Made by a program: the position numbers and the translations under genes. From Vicinamibacterales bacterium (lineage in GTDB: Bacteria; Acidobacteriota; Vicinamibacteria; Vicinamibacterales; UBA2999), in contig DATJFF010000080.1 of assembly GCA_035495795.1 (NCBI GenBank), positions 875-64,874 on the forward strand: a stretch of DNA of 64,000 nucleotides, given 5' to 3'. Positions 45,008-54,011 of the stretch are shown here, in pieces. Under the pieces are notes generated by a model, which was not told where the DNA came from, did not search any database, and saw nothing but the letters and a program-made list of their open reading frames with translations. How positions within the stretch are numbered: the first letter of the stretch is position 1; each line of letters begins with the position of its first letter.

Positions 45008-47260
45008 TCAGAATTCGATCAGCACGCCGGCAGACGGCAGGAACGGGAACAGCGATTGGGTGAGCCCGGTGACGACGCCGCCGGGCAGGCGGATGGTCGG
45101 CGCGTCGGGGCCGTAGTTGCCGCGTGCGGTGGTGTTCACGATCTCCGTGAAGAGCGTGAGCCGGCTTCGCCGGTAGGTGAACGCCCAGTCGGCGCGCAAA
45201 TCGAGCCGGCGGTAGGCTGGGAGCCGCGCCTGGTTGCGTTGCTCGGCCAGCGTCCACACCTGATCGGAGACGGGCTCGTAGTAGCCGGCGAGCGGAAAAT
45301 TCGATCCATACCGGTACCGGGCGCTGAGCGAGATCTGCCGGGCGGTACGGTAGATCGCATACGCGTTCAAGGTCCGCGCCTGGTCGTAGTCGCTGCCGAA
45401 CTGCTCGCCGGTGAGCGTGTCCTGCAAGTTGGTGCGCGCGGCGGCGAACGAGATCCATCCTGAAAGTCCGTTGGCCTGCCGCCGTTCCAGGGTGATCACG
45501 CCACCTGATGCGCTGCCGTCGAGTGAGTTCGTCCAGAACGGGTTGCCAGGCCGGATGATCAGGTTGCCGCTCCGCCGAAACTCCGATCGCTCGAAGCGAA
45601 GCCGGTCGCTTTCACGCCGATAGTAACCGTCGACCCTGATCTGCCAGACCAAGCCAGGTTGCCACGCAACCCCGGCGTCCGCACTCCAGGCCTGCTCGGG
45701 ATCGAGATCTTCGCGAGCGGCCTCGCTCCCGCCGAACTTCTGATCCAGGGTCGCGAACTGGTGCTGGCGCCCGATGCCTCCACGCAGCCGCCACCTGGGA
45801 GCCGCTTGCCACTCGCTCAGGACATAAGGCGAGACGGCGGAGTCGTGCGTCAGCCCCGACCAGTCTGCACGGATGCCAGGTGCAAGACTGATGGAGGGGG
45901 TCGCCGCCCAACGGTAATTGAGCCAGGCCCCCGCGCCGCCCCACGAGTCGCGGGCATCGGTCGCGACCGGCGACGCAAAGGCGCTGAAGGGCCGGCCGGT
46001 TCGCCAGCCGTGCAGCCACTGCGCCTGGCCGCCTGCCTCGAGCGACCGCTTCTGATCGAGGGTGATCAGCGCCGAGCCGCGCCACGTGAGATCGCGATCG
46101 CCGCCCTCTTCGCGCGTGCGGCCGTCGGTCACCGTGTTGCGATACGCCGCATCGACGAGATACGCCTGCTGGTGCAGGACCAGGCGCGGCGACGCCGCCA
46201 GCCGCCACTGCAGGTTCGCGATCACCGAGCGGTTGTGCGCATGGTCCAGCGTGTCGGGGCCCGGGTTGGGATCGTTCTCCGTCCACGTCGATCGGCCTGC
46301 GATCACCGTCGCGCGCAGAGACTGCGAGGCGGTAAGGTCCCAGGCCGCCGTGGCCTGGCCGTCAGTGAACCCGAACGCGCCGTCGATGTCCGAGTCGATC
46401 TGTCGCAGAAGCCAGTCGAGATAGCTCCGGCGAAGGGCGACGAGCCACGAGCCTCGGGCCGTGCGCGAGCCGCCGGCGGCCGTGCCACTGCTCGATCCGA
46501 GCGGACCTTCCACGACGCCGGTAACGGCGGTGACGCCAAGCATCGTGCGCGCGCGCAGGCGATCGCGCGCCCCGTCTCTGGTGGTGAAGTCGAGCCGGGC
46601 GCCGAGATGCGCATTCGCGCGTTGGGGATAGCTCCCTGCGAGCAGGGTTGCCGACTCGAGCACGTCGGTGTTGATCAACGCCAGCGAGCCGGTGTCGTTG
46701 ACGCCGCGCACGGTGTGGAACAGCAGCGGCGTATCGACGCCGTCGATCGCGATGCCGGTGTGCTCAGGACCGAGGCCGCGCACCGCGAACTCGGCGCTGA
46801 AATCGTCGCCGTTCGCCACTTCGGGCAGGGCCTGCACCGCGCGAAACGGATCGTCGGCGATCACGCCGCGGAGGGCGAGCAGGTCGCGGCTGCCGAGGAC
46901 CGCCTGCCCGTTGACCCCGGCCTCCGCCTCGCGGAACACCGGCGCGCTGACGACGACGGATTCGACGTAGGTGCTGGCTCCCTCCGATACGGCCAGGGTC
47001 ACCTCCACCGTCTCGCCGTCCGTAACGTCCACCGCGCGCCGCGTGAGACCGTAGCCGACGACCGACACCAGCAGGGTATGCGAGCCCGCCGGCAGGCCGT
47101 CGATCTCGAAGTGACCTTCGGCATCCGAGATCGCCTGCTGGCCTGTTTCCGATACGCGGACGAGGACCGCGGCCAGCGGCTGCTGCGTGCGCGCTTCGAC
47201 GATGGTGCCGCGAATCGTGCCGGTCGCGAGGGAGAGGACCAGCGCGGCAACGAGAAGCAT
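45008..47260 (-). CDS. TonB-dependent receptor with CarboxypepD_reg N-terminal domain
   Basis: TIRGTIVEARTQQPLAAVLVRVSETGQQAISDAEGHFEIDGLPAGSHTLLVS, plug-like region, beta-barrel, C-terminal ...AGVLIEF. Confidence 0.8.
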   Translation of the reverse strand: MLLVAALVLSLATGTIRGTIVEARTQQPLAAVLVRVSETGQQAISDAEGHFEIDGLPAGSHTLLVSVVGYGLTRRAVDVTDGETVEVTLAVSEGASTYVESVVVSAPVFREAEAGVNGQAVLGSRDLLALRGVIADDPFRAVQALPEVANGDDFSAEFAVRGLGPEHTGIAIDGVDTPLLFHTVRGVNDTGSLALINTDVLESATLLAGSYPQRANAHLGARLDFTTRDGARDRLRARTMLGVTAVTGVVEGPLGSSSGTAAGGSRTARGSWLVALRRSYLDWLLRQIDSDIDGAFGFTDGQATAAWDLTASQSLRATVIAGRSTWTENDPNPGPDTLDHAHNRSVIANLQWRLAASPRLVLHQQAYLVDAAYRNTVTDGRTREEGGDRDLTWRGSALITLDQKRSLEAGGQAQWLHGWRTGRPFSAFASPVATDARDSWGGAGAWLNYRWAATPSISLAPGIRADWSGLTHDSAVSPYVLSEWQAAPRWRLRGGIGRQHQFATLDQKFGGSEAAREDLDPEQAWSADAGVAWQPGLVWQIRVDGYYRRESDRLRFERSEFRRSGNLIIRPGNPFWTNSLDGSASGGVITLERRQANGLSGWISFAAARTNLQDTLTGEQFGSDYDQARTLNAYAIYRTARQISLSARYRYGSNFPLAGYYEPVSDQVWTLAEQRNQARLPAYRRLDLRADWAFTYRRSRLTLFTEIVNTTARGNYGPDAPTIRLPGGVVTGLTQSLFPFLPSAGVLIEF

Positions 47261-47278
47261 GCTGTCGGCGGCGGCCGG

Positions 47279-48241
47279 TCAGGGCTGCGGCGGGAACTGG
47301 ACCATCACCGTGACGGTCACCGGATCCGGCCGTCCGTCCGAGCCGGCTGGCTCGAAGCGCCATTGGCGAACGGCCTCGACGGCCGCGGCATCGAGCATCG
47401 GGACTCCGCGGAGCACCCTGACATCGCGCACGGTGCCGTCAGTGGTGACGTCCGCCTGGAGGATGACCATGCCTCGCACATCCGCGTCGCGAGCCGCCTG
47501 CGGCCACACCGGCGGTACGCGCTGGACGATGCGCGGCATCGCCTGCAGAACCGGGCCGGCGCCCGCTGGTGCCCGTCGTCCGGGCGCAGGCACGGCCGCC
47601 TCGAAGGTCTCGACCAGCTGCCCGGTGCCGAAACCGGCGCCGCCACCCGATCCGAACGACATCGTCGAGACCGAGGTCATGAAGTTGGGCGAGAGCGCTT
47701 CGCGCTCGGCCTCGTCGAAGGTCGCTCCTTCGCGGCCTCCACTTGACATGCTGCTGTAACGGAGGATCACGGTCGCGTCCGCTACCGGTCGCGGCGGGCC
47801 GCCGATGAAGGCGATGACGCCGGCACTGGTTTCCAGCGACAATGCCGGTCCGGCGAACACCGGCGGCTTGTCCGGCACAAACATCACCGCATCCGCTTCC
47901 CAGCGGCTCTCGAGCGGCCAACGGCCGTCCACACCAGCGAACCGCCAGGTTCTGTTGACGCGACCGTCCGGTTGCGCCGACTCGCGGGTGCCCCAGTCGG
48001 CAATCACCAGCACGGTGCCCGCGGTCTCGTCGACGACAACGCGCACGTGCGCCTGGCGGCGTCGAACGAGGCTCACGCGATCGTCGCCGTCCACGACAAC
48101 GGTGTCGCCGTCGGCGGCCTGGAGTTGCCGTCCGCTCGGGGTGAACGGTGCGCCGACCTGCGCCGAGGCCGCATCGCGGTCGGCGAGCGTCAGCATCAGC
48201 GCTACACAGGCAACCGCGGCCGTTCGCGACGGGTGACTCAT
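47279..48241 (-). CDS. exported protein with C-terminal TonB-like domain
   Basis: Cleavable-looking signal AAVACVALMLTLADRDAASA; C-terminus PRIVQRVPPVWPQAARDADVRGMVILQADVTTDGTVRDVRVLRGVPMLDAAAVEAVRQWRFEPA is TonB_C-type; 18 nt upstream of the receptor gene. Confidence 0.7.
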   Translation of the reverse strand: MSHPSRTAAVACVALMLTLADRDAASAQVGAPFTPSGRQLQAADGDTVVVDGDDRVSLVRRRQAHVRVVVDETAGTVLVIADWGTRESAQPDGRVNRTWRFAGVDGRWPLESRWEADAVMFVPDKPPVFAGPALSLETSAGVIAFIGGPPRPVADATVILRYSSMSSGGREGATFDEAEREALSPNFMTSVSTMSFGSGGGAGFGTGQLVETFEAAVPAPGRRAPAGAGPVLQAMPRIVQRVPPVWPQAARDADVRGMVILQADVTTDGTVRDVRVLRGVPMLDAAAVEAVRQWRFEPAGSDGRPDPVTVTVMVQFPPQP

Positions 48242-48387
48242 GGGGGAAGTTTAGCTCCGAACCGGTGCCGGTGACGTCGATGGCGTGTCGGATGACACCC
48301 GTCCCTGACTGGGATGAGCCGGGTGACGGGTGATGCGTCCGAACGCGCGAGAATGACGTCTGACCGCGCAAAAGGAGCCCTGACAAC

Positions 48388-48900
48388 GTGGCCACGATTT
48401 CCCTGACGGTGAACGGCCGGTCCATCTCGCTCGGCGCTGATCCGGAGATGCCGCTGCTCTGGGCGCTGCGTGATTCGCTCGGCCTGGTGGGCACGAAGTT
48501 CGGGTGCGGCGGTGGCTTCTGCGGCGCCTGCACGGTGCACGTGGACGGCGCCGCGACGCGGTCGTGCACGCTGCCGCTGAGTCGTGCTGCGGGTCATGCG
48601 ATCGTCACGATCGAAGGGCTCGCGAACGCGCCGGCAGTCGGCAGGCGGGAGCCGGGAGTCGAAAATGCGCTCCACCCCGTGCAGCGGGCGTGGGTCGATC
48701 TCGACGTTCCGCAGTGCGGCTATTGCCAGGCCGGGCAGATCATGACCGCAGCGGCGCTCCTCGCGCGCACGCCGAACCCGAGCGACGAGCAGATCGCGTC
48801 GGCAATGCAGGGAAACCTATGCCGCTGCGGCACCTACATGCGGATTCGTGAGGCGGTCAAACGCGCGGCTGCGCAAACCAACTCCGGAGGTGCGCGATGA
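48388..48900 (+). CDS. (2Fe-2S)-binding small subunit of a molybdopterin hydroxylase (IorA/aldehyde oxidoreductase-like)
   Basis: GTG start with AAGGAG; [29 protein letters not shown] cluster motifs. Confidence 0.9.
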   Translation: MATISLTVNGRSISLGADPEMPLLWALRDSLGLVGTKFGCGGGFCGACTVHVDGAATRSCTLPLSRAAGHAIVTIEGLANAPAVGRREPGVENALHPVQRAWVDLDVPQCGYCQAGQIMTAAALLARTPNPSDEQIASAMQGNLCRCGTYMRIREAVKRAAAQTNSGGAR

Positions 48901-51170
48901 GCGCGGTGTCGCGGCGGATGTTCCTGCGCGCCAGCACTCTCGCCGGAGGCGGCGCGCTTTTCAGTTTCGGATGGATCGCGGATGCGCTCGCCGTGCAGGC
49001 AGACCCTGGCGCGCCGGCCTCCGCAGGCTTTCGGCCGAACGGGTTCGTGCGCATCGACGCCGACGGCGCCATCACCATCTGGTCGAAGAACCCCGACATG
49101 GGCCAGGGCGTCAAGACGGCGCTCCCGATGATTCTTGCCGACGAAATGGACGCGGACTGGGCGCGGATCAAGGTCATCGACGCGGAGCTCGATCGCGCGA
49201 AGTTCGGCGGCCAGGGCTCCGGCGGCAGCGACAGCATTCGCTCCGAGTGGGACCTCTATCGAAACGCCGGCGCCGCCGCGCGCGAGATGCTGGCGAGCGC
49301 AGCCGCCGAGCAGTGGGGCGTGCCGCGAGACGCCTGCCGCACCGAACAGAGTGCGGTCATCCACAGCGGATCGAACCGGCGCCTCTCGTATGGGCAACTG
49401 GCCGCGAGCGCGGCAACGCGCGCCGTGCCCGACAAGCCGGCATGGAAGCAGGTGTCGGCCTTCACGCTGATGGGCACTCGCGTCGGCGGTGTGGACAATG
49501 ACGCGATCGTTAGCGGCCGCCCGCTCTACGGCATCGATACACGCCTGGGGGGAATGCGGTTCGCCGCCATTTCCAAGTGCCCGGTGTTCGGCGGCCGGCC
49601 GGCGCGTGTGGACGAGCGCGCCGCCCGCCAGGTACCTGGCGTGCTGGATGTGGTCCGGATCGACGGCCATGCCAATCCGACGTTCCTGCAGCCCGGCGTA
49701 GCGGTAGTCGCCGAGTCGACGTGGGCGGCTTTCAAGGGGCGCGATGCGCTCGAGCTCGAGTGGGACGAGGGCCCGTATCGCGACGAGAGCAGCGCCTCGC
49801 TGTCCCGCCAATTCACGGAACTGGCCGCCGGCGACGGAACCAGTGTGAGGCAGGTTGGCGACGTGGCCAGGGCGCTCGACGGCGCCGCGCGTGTCGTGGA
49901 GGCCTATTACGAGGCGCCGTTTCTCGCCCACGCAACGCTGGAGCCGGTCAATTGCACGGCTGATGTTCGCGACGGGCACTGCTACATCACCGGACCGCTA
50001 CAGATGCAGACGTCGGGCGCGGGCGTCGTCGCGGCGGTCACGGGCCTGCCGGTCGATCGCGTGCACGTGCAGATGACACGGCTCGGCGGCGGCTTCGGAC
50101 GCCGGCTGCTGTCGGACTACGCCGCCGAGGCCGCGGTGGTATCGCAACGGATCAAGGCGCCGGTGCAGGTGGTCGGAACACGCGAGGACGACTTGCGGCA
50201 CGACTACTACCGCCCTGCCGGGGCGCGGCAGTTCCGCATCGGGCTCGACGCGGGCGGCCGCATCGTCGCGTGGGACTGCCATCTCGTGAACCTCTCGCGC
50301 AACGCATATCGCCGGGGGGCTACGCCGGCGTGGAGCACGGAAACATACGGCATGGTGGCCGGCGTCTCCGACGATCTCGAGCCCGACCTCGACCTCGATC
50401 TCGTGCCATGGCACATCCCGAACGTCCGGCTTCGATTCTCCGAGCCGCGGTCCGGCGTCTCCACTGGTGCGTGGCGGGCGCCGGCGCACGTGGCGAACGG
50501 CTTTGCCATCGAGACGCTGCTCGACGAAGTCGCGCAGCTGGCCGGGCGCAGCCCGGTGGATCTCCGCCTGGGTCTGTACGGCGCAGCCCGCGATCTGCGT
50601 ATTCCCGGTGACGAACCATCGCCCTACAACCCGGATCGCATGGCGGCAGTACTCCGGCTGGCCGCCGATCGTGGCGGCTTCGGTGAGCATCCTCCAGAAG
50701 GACGCGTGCGAGGCCTTGCCGCCCACTACACGTTCGGCTCGTACTGCGCACAGGTGGTGGAACTGTCGCTGGAGGGTGGAAACGGGGCCGGGCCCGCCGC
50801 GCGCCGGACGGTCCGCCTGCACAAGGTCACCTGCGCGCTCGACTGCGGAATCGTCGTGAACCGCTCGGGCGTCGAGGCACAGGCGCAGGGCGGCATCATC
50901 GATGGTCTCGGCCATGCGTTCTACGGCGAAATCACGATCGACAAGGGACGCGCCGTCGAAGGGAACTTCGATCGCTATCGGCTGATCCGGCATCGCGAGG
51001 CGCCGGCGGCGATCGAGGTTCATATCGTGCCGTCCACGATGCGGCCGACCGGGTTCGGGGAAATCGCCGTGCCGGTGATCGCGCCGGCAGTGGCAAACGC
51101 GATCGCCGCCGCGACCGGCCAGCGATTGCGCCGGACGCCGTTCAGCCGCGAAGGTTTCGTGCTCGGGTGA
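48897..51170 (+). CDS. molybdopterin-binding large subunit (IorB-like) with Tat signal
   Basis: ATGA overlap with the small subunit gene; [21 protein letters not shown]; [25 protein letters not shown] and aldehyde oxidase/xanthine dehydrogenase-type regions. Confidence 0.85.
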   Translation: MSAVSRRMFLRASTLAGGGALFSFGWIADALAVQADPGAPASAGFRPNGFVRIDADGAITIWSKNPDMGQGVKTALPMILADEMDADWARIKVIDAELDRAKFGGQGSGGSDSIRSEWDLYRNAGAAAREMLASAAAEQWGVPRDACRTEQSAVIHSGSNRRLSYGQLAASAATRAVPDKPAWKQVSAFTLMGTRVGGVDNDAIVSGRPLYGIDTRLGGMRFAAISKCPVFGGRPARVDERAARQVPGVLDVVRIDGHANPTFLQPGVAVVAESTWAAFKGRDALELEWDEGPYRDESSASLSRQFTELAAGDGTSVRQVGDVARALDGAARVVEAYYEAPFLAHATLEPVNCTADVRDGHCYITGPLQMQTSGAGVVAAVTGLPVDRVHVQMTRLGGGFGRRLLSDYAAEAAVVSQRIKAPVQVVGTREDDLRHDYYRPAGARQFRIGLDAGGRIVAWDCHLVNLSRNAYRRGATPAWSTETYGMVAGVSDDLEPDLDLDLVPWHIPNVRLRFSEPRSGVSTGAWRAPAHVANGFAIETLLDEVAQLAGRSPVDLRLGLYGAARDLRIPGDEPSPYNPDRMAAVLRLAADRGGFGEHPPEGRVRGLAAHYTFGSYCAQVVELSLEGGNGAGPAARRTVRLHKVTCALDCGIVVNRSGVEAQAQGGIIDGLGHAFYGEITIDKGRAVEGNFDRYRLIRHREAPAAIEVHIVPSTMRPTGFGEIAVPVIAPAVANAIAAATGQRLRRTPFSREGFVLG

Positions 51171-51175
51171 CAGAA

Positions 51176-51224
51176 GGTCTTGGGGTCTTAGGGTCTTGGG
51201 TCTTGGGGTCTTGAGGTCTTGAGG
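51176..51224 (+). repeat. tandem octamer array GGTCTTGR, about 6 units
   Basis: ggtcttggggtcttagggtcttgggtcttggggtcttgaggtcttgagg fills the 56-nt gap between convergent genes. Confidence 0.9.
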
Positions 51225-51226
51225 TT

Positions 51227-51844
51227 TCAACCAGCCGCCAACAGGTACTGGATGTCTTTCACGACGGAATCGACGCCGGCGTCGTAATCGATGAGCAAAC
51301 GCGTCCGCCCCTTTGCGTCCAGGCCGAAGACCGAGACGGTGTGCGACATGAGGTAACCGGCGGCGGTCTGGTCACCTGTCTTCTCGAAGTGCGCGCCGAA
51401 TTGCGCGGCGACCCTCGTGATGTCGTCGACGCTGCCCGTGAGACCAGTTGCGTCAACGCTGAAGTAGCTCAGGTGCTCCTTCATCACGGCGGGCGTATCG
51501 CGTTCCGGGTCGATGGTGATGTAGAGCACCTTCACGCGCTGCCGCTCGGCGCCGGACAGCTTGGCCGTCGCAGTGCTGAGCTTCGACAGCGTCGTCGGAC
51601 AGGCATCCGGGCACATCGTGTAACCGAAGAAGATCAGGACCGCCTGCCCCTCGAGTGACGACAAGGAGAACGGCCGGCCGTTTTGATCCGTGAGCGTGAA
51701 GTCGCCGCCGATCGGCAGGATTGGAAGCTCGGTCGACGCATCCGGATTCGGCAGCGGCCGCCCGGCTTCGCCTTCGTCGCCTTTGCCCGCGCACGCGCCG
51801 GCAAGCGCGAGCATCAGCGCCACACCAATCACACGACTCGTCAT
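51227..51844 (-). CDS. SCO1/SenC-family copper chaperone (thioredoxin fold)
   Basis: Start MTSRVIGVALMLALAGACAG (lipobox) with ATGA overlap on the upstream stop; FFGYTMCPDACPTTL CxxxC motif. Confidence 0.85.
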   Translation of the reverse strand: MTSRVIGVALMLALAGACAGKGDEGEAGRPLPNPDASTELPILPIGGDFTLTDQNGRPFSLSSLEGQAVLIFFGYTMCPDACPTTLSKLSTATAKLSGAERQRVKVLYITIDPERDTPAVMKEHLSYFSVDATGLTGSVDDITRVAAQFGAHFEKTGDQTAAGYLMSHTVSVFGLDAKGRTRLLIDYDAGVDSVVKDIQYLLAAG

Positions 51845-52599
51845 TCCTGCGTCTGCGCTTTCTTCACCGCCGCCGTTGCCGTCACCCTGCTGCCGGTGCT
51901 GACCGTGAACGTGAGCGTGACGTGATCGCCTTCCTTGAGCGGTTGCTTCACGTCGAACAGCATCAGGTGCATCCCGCCCGGCTTGAACGCAAAGGCTCCG
52001 TGTGCGGGGATGGTCACGATCTTCATCGGCGCCATCTTCATCATGTCGCCGGTTCGCGTCATTTCGTGGATCTCGACGGAGCCGGCCACGTCGGCGGTGA
52101 TACCGACAATCCGCAATTCCGTCGTGCCGGGGTTCTCCACGACTGCGTAGGCGGAGGTGACTCCGCGACTGCCCATCGGCTCGCGAACCCACGCGTCGGA
52201 CACCTTCAACTCGCTTTGGGTCACTCCGATTGGCGCGGATTCGCGGAGCGAGATGACGAACCGGGCCAACAGGAACCGCTCCCGGTCGGACAGGTGGAAG
52301 TAGGACTGCATCTGGCCGCCGTCGCGGGTCAGCCCGGTCGCTATGGTGTTGGCCACTGACGTGGGATCGGCGCCGTTCTTGAACGCCGACGCATCCCGGA
52401 AATCCCGCGGCGGCGGGCTCAGCGTCCTGGCTACAGGGCCATCGCCACTGCCGGTCGCGCCGTGACAGGTGCCGCACCCGTTCGCGGCATACAGCTCCTT
52501 CCCCTGCTCGATCTCGGCCGCGCGCACCGCGGTCTGGTCCCTGCCGCACGCCGTGGCGAACAGGGCCGCCAACAGGACGGCTCGGGCGCGCAATCTCAT
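51841..52599 (-). CDS. fusion of a mono-haem cytochrome c domain and a PCuAC (DUF461) copper chaperone domain
   Basis: Start trimmed to MRLRARAVLLAALFATACG; CGTCH haem motif; then VSDAWVREP...VEIHEMTRTGDMMKMAPM...PGGMHLMLFDVKQPLKEGDHVTLTF, typical of PCuAC. Confidence 0.75.
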   Translation of the reverse strand: MRLRARAVLLAALFATACGRDQTAVRAAEIEQGKELYAANGCGTCHGATGSGDGPVARTLSPPPRDFRDASAFKNGADPTSVANTIATGLTRDGGQMQSYFHLSDRERFLLARFVISLRESAPIGVTQSELKVSDAWVREPMGSRGVTSAYAVVENPGTTELRIVGITADVAGSVEIHEMTRTGDMMKMAPMKIVTIPAHGAFAFKPGGMHLMLFDVKQPLKEGDHVTLTFTVSTGSRVTATAAVKKAQTQE

Positions 52600-52928
52600 C
52601 CTGCTAGCGTAGCAATGTTGATCCGCACCCGTCTGCCGGAGCAAGCCGCCACAAATCCGCGTGCAGAAGGCCCTGGTTCGAGACGTGCCGGGAAACGAGG
52701 GCGAACCCCGCTCTGGAAAGCGAGGCATCCGGAGGAGAGACCGCCCGAGCAGAGATGCGGGGGACGTATCTGAACGCCGTGTACATCACAGGGTAATCAA
52801 GCAGGGTCGGGCGCGGAGGAGCGGTATGAAGACTTTCGAACGATTTCACGATCCTTCGATCATAGAGTTCAATCGTTCCAGTCTCAAGCCGGCAGCACCG
52901 GGCCGCTCCTGCCGCTGGCGAGAGCCGA

Positions 52929-53867
52929 TCACTTCGTGCCGAGTTCGACGATCGCAATCGCGTTCCAGTCGTTCATCGGGATCACGAGCCGGTTGCGCTT
53001 CGAGTCGTACATCATCGACGCGGCGCTGGGAATGCCCGACGCGACGATCTCCGCCTTCTGTCCTGGCCGAATCCGCGACACCGTTCCCTGGCGCACGCTG
53101 CTCACGTACTTGGTGCCATCGGCGAGCACGACCAGCCCATCGTTGCCGGCATCAACGGCCTGTTCGGTGTTGAGCAGCTTCCCGTCCGGCGCGAACGTCA
53201 ACACGTCGCGGGTGCCGATATTGACGACGACGATGTTGCCTTTGGCGTCGAAGGCGATGCCGTTCGGCAAGTTGAGCGGCGCGCCGCTGACGAACACCGA
53301 CGACTCACCCTGCGCCGTCACTTTGTAGACCTTCCAGTTCGCCGGGCTCTGATCGCCGGTCTGCGTTGCGTAGATTGTGCCGTCGGCGGCCACTTCCAGA
53401 TCGTTCAGTCGTGTGGCGCCGGTGACTTGGGCGCTGCCGAGCGGCTGCCCTGTCTTCATGTCGAACCACCGCACGGTATCGATGTCCACCACGTAGAGCC
53501 GGCCGTTGGCAATGTCGCTGCCGAGCGGGTGATTGAGCGTCAGCCCCGCTCGCGATACTCCGATCCACTTGAGCGTGTGCACCGAGCCGTCCGGGTTGAC
53601 GAGCGACACGTAACCATCGTTCGGCGCCATCTCCTGCGGCATCCCGGCGTTGACCGAGACATACAGGTCGCGCGCCTCGTCGTACGACAGGCTCTCCGAG
53701 AAGCGGAAGCTGCCATACACCTTGGTGTTCGGCATCAGCTTCAGCGGCTCGCCAGCGACGAACGGGCCCGACGCCGCGGGCGCGGCCGGCGCCGTCTGCG
53801 CGACGGCAAAGGTGCCGCAGCCGAGCAAGGCTGCAGCGGTAACGGTGGCTACGAAACGGCGACGCAT
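52929..53867 (-). CDS. exported six-bladed beta-propeller protein (SMP-30/gluconolactonase/NHL-like)
   Basis: Start trimmed to MRRRFVATVTAAALLGCGTFAVAQ with AAGGAG upstream; repeated blade-like motifs (DLYVSVN, RLYVVDI, TIYATQTG, PNGIAFDAKGNIVVVN). Confidence 0.65.
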   Translation of the reverse strand: MRRRFVATVTAAALLGCGTFAVAQTAPAAPAASGPFVAGEPLKLMPNTKVYGSFRFSESLSYDEARDLYVSVNAGMPQEMAPNDGYVSLVNPDGSVHTLKWIGVSRAGLTLNHPLGSDIANGRLYVVDIDTVRWFDMKTGQPLGSAQVTGATRLNDLEVAADGTIYATQTGDQSPANWKVYKVTAQGESSVFVSGAPLNLPNGIAFDAKGNIVVVNIGTRDVLTFAPDGKLLNTEQAVDAGNDGLVVLADGTKYVSSVRQGTVSRIRPGQKAEIVASGIPSAASMMYDSKRNRLVIPMNDWNAIAIVELGTK

Positions 53868-53878
53868 TGAGTCTCCTT

Positions 53879-53957
53879 GGGGTCTTGAGGTCTCGAGGTC
53901 TTCGGGTCTTGAAGTCTCGAGGTCTTGGGGTCTTGGGGTCTTGGGGTCTTGGGGCTT
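53879..53957 (+). repeat. tandem octamer array GGTCTTGR, about 10 units, ending in four GGGG runs
   Basis: ggggtcttgaggtctcgaggtcttcgggtcttgaagtctcgaggtcttggggtcttggggtcttggggtcttggggc. Confidence 0.9.
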
Positions 53958-53990
53958 TCCTATCTCCTGTCTCCTATCTCCTGCCTCCTG
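53958..53990 (+). repeat. tandem CTCCTRY heptamer/octamer array
   Basis: tttcctatctcctgtctcctatctcctgcctcctg; shares the 17-mer cctatctcctgtctcct with the array at 62117-62133. Confidence 0.9.
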
Positions 53991-54011
53991 TTCTACGATA
54001 CCGCACCGACC

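Noticed and set aside
51227-52549. 440-aa ORF treated as one gene
   Set aside because: Only the C-terminal ~205 aa (from MTSRVIGV) is SCO-like. The upstream part is an out-of-frame reading of the cytochrome c-PCuAC gene, which is coded in the 51841..52599 frame.
52826-53173. Small plus-strand ORF starting MKTFERFHDPSIIEF with a GGAGGAG RBS
   Set aside because: Third-codon positions are GC-poor, unlike all confident genes here. The frame runs antisense into the propeller gene and no family was recognised.
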